From NCBI GenBank assembly GCA_028826165.1, contig JAPDFW010000092.1, positions 868,001-932,000 on the forward strand: a DNA stretch of 64,000 nt, in the 5' to 3' direction. Positions 61,001 to 64,000 of the stretch are shown one piece after another; position 1 is the first letter of the stretch; each line of letters begins with the position of its first letter. A program made the translations under genes and the position numbers. The notes below the pieces were generated by a model. The model worked only from the letters and a program-made list of their open reading frames with translations. It made no database searches and was not told the DNA's origin. The DNA comes from Anaeramoeba ignava BMAN. Its lineage: Eukaryota > Protista > Anaeramoebae.

Positions 61001-62113
61001 TCATTTTGATTTTGATTTTGATTTTCATTTTGATTTTGATTTTGATTTTCATTTTGATTTTGATTTTGATTTTGATTTTGATTTTGATTTTGATTTTGAT
61101 TTTCAATTTCATTTATATTTTGATTTTGATTTTGATTTTGATTTTGATTTTGATTTTGATTTTGATTTTGATTTTGATTTTCATTTTCAATTTGATTTTG
61201 ATTTTGATTTTGATTTTGATTTTGATTTTGATTTTGAATTTGATTTTCATTTTGATTTTGATTTTGATTTTGATTTTGATTTTGATTTTCATTTTGATTT
61301 TGATTTTGATTTTGATTTTGATTTTGATTTTCATTTTGATTTTCATTTTGATTTTGATTTTGATTTTCATTTTGATTTTGATTTTCATTTTGATTTTGAT
61401 TTTGATTTTCAATTTCATTTTCATTTTGATTTTGATTTTCGTTTTGATTTTGATTTTGATTTTGATTTTCATTTTCATTTTCATTTTCATTTTTAATTAT
61501 ATTTTGATTTTCATTTTCATTTTCAATTATATCAAAATAGCTTTTAAAAAGTTCATCATTTGATAAATTTTGTTTGCTTTTATTTTTTTTCTTGATTTTG
61601 CTTTTGTTTATTTTTTGGTTAATTAAAAGTCCAATTTCTTGAATACACCAATTAGCATGAGTTGAAGAAATCAACTCAAAATTATCCAAAAGAATTAATT
61701 TCAGATTTTGTTGAATAACTTTTCTTCTTAATTTTGAGTGTTTAAAATTTTTTCTGAATTGGAATAAAGAAGACATATAATTTCTATAATAATTTAATTT
61801 TTTTTGGAAAAAGTTGAGCAATTTTATTTGCTTTCATTGTTTCATTATTCATCACTTTAATTAATCTCCAATTTTCTGATATATAAATTTTACACTCTGA
61901 AATATATTCAACTAAATTAAAATATACTTTCAAAACTTTTTCAAAATTCAATTCTTTTTTGTTATTATTTTTATCTTCAAGAAATTTAAGTAATTTTTCT
62001 TGATATTCAATACTTTTTTGAAGATTTATTTTATTTGGTAATTGATTTTTAAGTTCTTTAGATTCTAATATAATTTGTTCCAAATCATTTTTTAATTCCA
62101 TTTTTAATTCCAT
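58056..62113 (-). CDS. Large hypothetical protein: ~370-aa (QN/EN)n tract, helical region, possible C-terminal PH-like domain; frameshift ~61810; intron ~59125-59227
   Basis: ORFs 61784-62113 and 59224-61821 overlap across a T-run. GTAATT..TTTAG splicing joins them in frame to 58056-58931. C-terminal IFITSTHIIIV...LGFSSEQER..C...L resembles a PH fold. Confidence 0.62.
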
Positions 62114-62236
62114 TTTTATTTAAAATTTTTTAAAAAATAAAAAGAAAAAAATGAAAAAAAAATTTTTGAAAAAGAAAATAAAAATTTTTCAATTTAAATT
62201 TCAATTTTAAATTTAATAGACTTTCCACATTTTTTC

Positions 62237-64000
62237 CTACAAATGATGATATTCTATTTGAATAAAATGAAGTAAATCAGAAACTGCGAATTGAATTGAG
62301 GAATTTTTTATTGCCATACAATCACATAAAATTGGGAAAAGAAAATATAAATGAAATTTTGATCCATTATATTCAAGTGGAATTTGAAAATTTGAATTTT
62401 TAATCACATTTAAATTTTTTGTAAGTGTTCCTTGTAAATATTTTGGGTTTAAAGAAAGGTTTTTGAGTTCTTTAAGTAAATAAATGATTGTATTTTGAAG
62501 ATTTCTAAAAAAGAGAAAAGAATGAAAAAAATTATAAATAAATTTAAATCGGAAATAAATTTAAATTAGAATTTACTGTGGAATTGGAATTGATAAACTC
62601 CTTGATTCATAATTAATCAAATGATCTAATAAACCAATTGTTTTAACAATCAAAGAACCAACTAAATCTTCTAAAATTAATTTACTTTCCTTCAAATTTT
62701 GAGAAGATAAAAATTTAATCCAATCAAAAATCAACGAAATGGATTTAAATGATAATTTAGATCTAGTAAAATGTTTATTAACAATAAAAGAAGAAGATTT
62801 ATGCAAATCAATATATGGAATTGTAATAAAAGCACCTTCAAAAAGTATTCCTTGAATTTTACAAACTAAATTTTCATCATAAAATTTCAAAACATTTTCA
62901 AACATAAATTTCTTGAAAATATCAAATAAATTCATTTGAGTTTTTTCTTCTTCTCGAGCTTCTTTGATGGAAAATAATTTGATTTTTCTATTCAAAATAA
63001 GAAAAAATAAGAAAAAAATATAAGAACAATTTTAAAAGAAATAAATTACTGAGAGGAAAGAACAAATAATTGAATCATATCAACAACAATATTCTGGAAT
63101 GAATAAATATCACGAACGCTTTTTATTTGATCTCCACGAAGATCAAGCTCTTGAAAAGTATGAGTAACGATAGAAAGAAAAACTTTGTTTGCCTTTTTGC
63201 GTATTTGGTCATTTGTGATTGAATCTTCATTTAAATTTTCATTTTGCGATCGAATCTCCATAAAATATGACTGAGGAAGCATAAGAAGCATAATAACTTT
63301 AAGCAATCTGGGAGATAATTTAATTGCAATTTCAACAGGGCATCTCTCGCAATACATCTTGCGAACAATTTTGAGTGCATATGTACCAATATACACATTG
63401 TTTGTAGCGGCAATTTGCGGGGAACTTAAGTCCAGATCGAACACTTCGTCTCCCGCAAATAAAGTAAGAAGACCCTTTTTTGAAGGATCATTACCAAAAG
63501 AATTTTCTTCTTGAAGCTTCTCGTGTTTTGGATCAATTACATTTGAGATTAAGGACTCATTTTCAAGAAAAGGGTTGTCATTCAAAGTGTTTAGATCAAA
63601 AGGTGAAAAATTTTTTGATTTTTGGATCGAAAAAATATTTGTTAAAGGAAGAAGAACAAGATTGAAAATAACAGGCCAGAACTGCGGAGACTTTTCAGGA
63701 ATCATAACAAGGATCAGATCCAATATTTCTCTTGTCACAGGAAACAATTTGTATGAGGATGAAAGTTGATAATTTTTTTTTTGCTCGGTTAAGGATAAAA
63801 GAAGAAACATTCGGAAAAATCTTTTGAGTTCGTTCATTGTGAACGCGGATATTCCCAGTCGGAGAATAACCTTCTTAATCACCAAAATAAAAGTTTTCAA
63901 TCCGTCCATAAGAAAAGGATGGTCCTTGTTTATAAAATCGTTAAGAATTCTCCCAAAAACGCTCCAAGAATATTTCCATAGAGTTGGAGTTGAAATTTTT
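62237..64000 (-). CDS. MON2: C-terminal part of Mon2-like (Sec7-family-related) Golgi/endosome trafficking protein; introns 62988-63049, 62505-62576; 5' end beyond the window
   Basis: Spliced tail ...LIVKTIGLLDHLINYESRSLSIPIPQNLQNTIIYLLKEL..L...HLYFLFPILCDCMAIKNSSIQFAVSDLL matches the Mon2 C-terminal pattern (L..Y..DE....PLP.....E..F.L...HL..L.P.L..C). Confidence 0.65.

Overview
Extremely AT-rich, intron-containing eukaryotic (protist) DNA read in the standard genetic code. The gene families, GT-AG introns stuffed with micro/minisatellites and N/Q/E-rich proteins resemble an anaerobic amoeboid metamonad such as Anaeramoeba; this is inference only. Manual splicing recovers housekeeping genes: VTI1 exon 1, RPA1 lacking its N-terminal domain, RPS5, Prp43/DHX15, an SNX9-family SH3-PX-BAR sorting nexin, a TMX3-like PDI, a GT34 glycosyltransferase, a two-box HMG protein and a Mon2 C-terminus. 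Two things stand out. (1) A ~26 kb cluster (14.0-40.6 kb) of 13 BTB-family genes/fragments: four RCC1-BTB-BTB genes plus one fragment, and eight BTB-(BACK)-TLDc genes. Part of it forms a mirror-symmetric cassette, the BTB parts are near-identical within each subfamily, and the predicted ligand-binding loops are hypervariable and aromatic-rich, suggesting an immune-like Cullin-3 adaptor repertoire. (2) An 18-exon, ~1,900-aa membrane protein joining ~10 bacterial-type Ig-like repeats to a STRA6/RBP-receptor-like multipass domain. Several single-base frameshifts sit in homopolymers and are probably long-read consensus errors. Most long ORFs in the microsatellites are artefacts.
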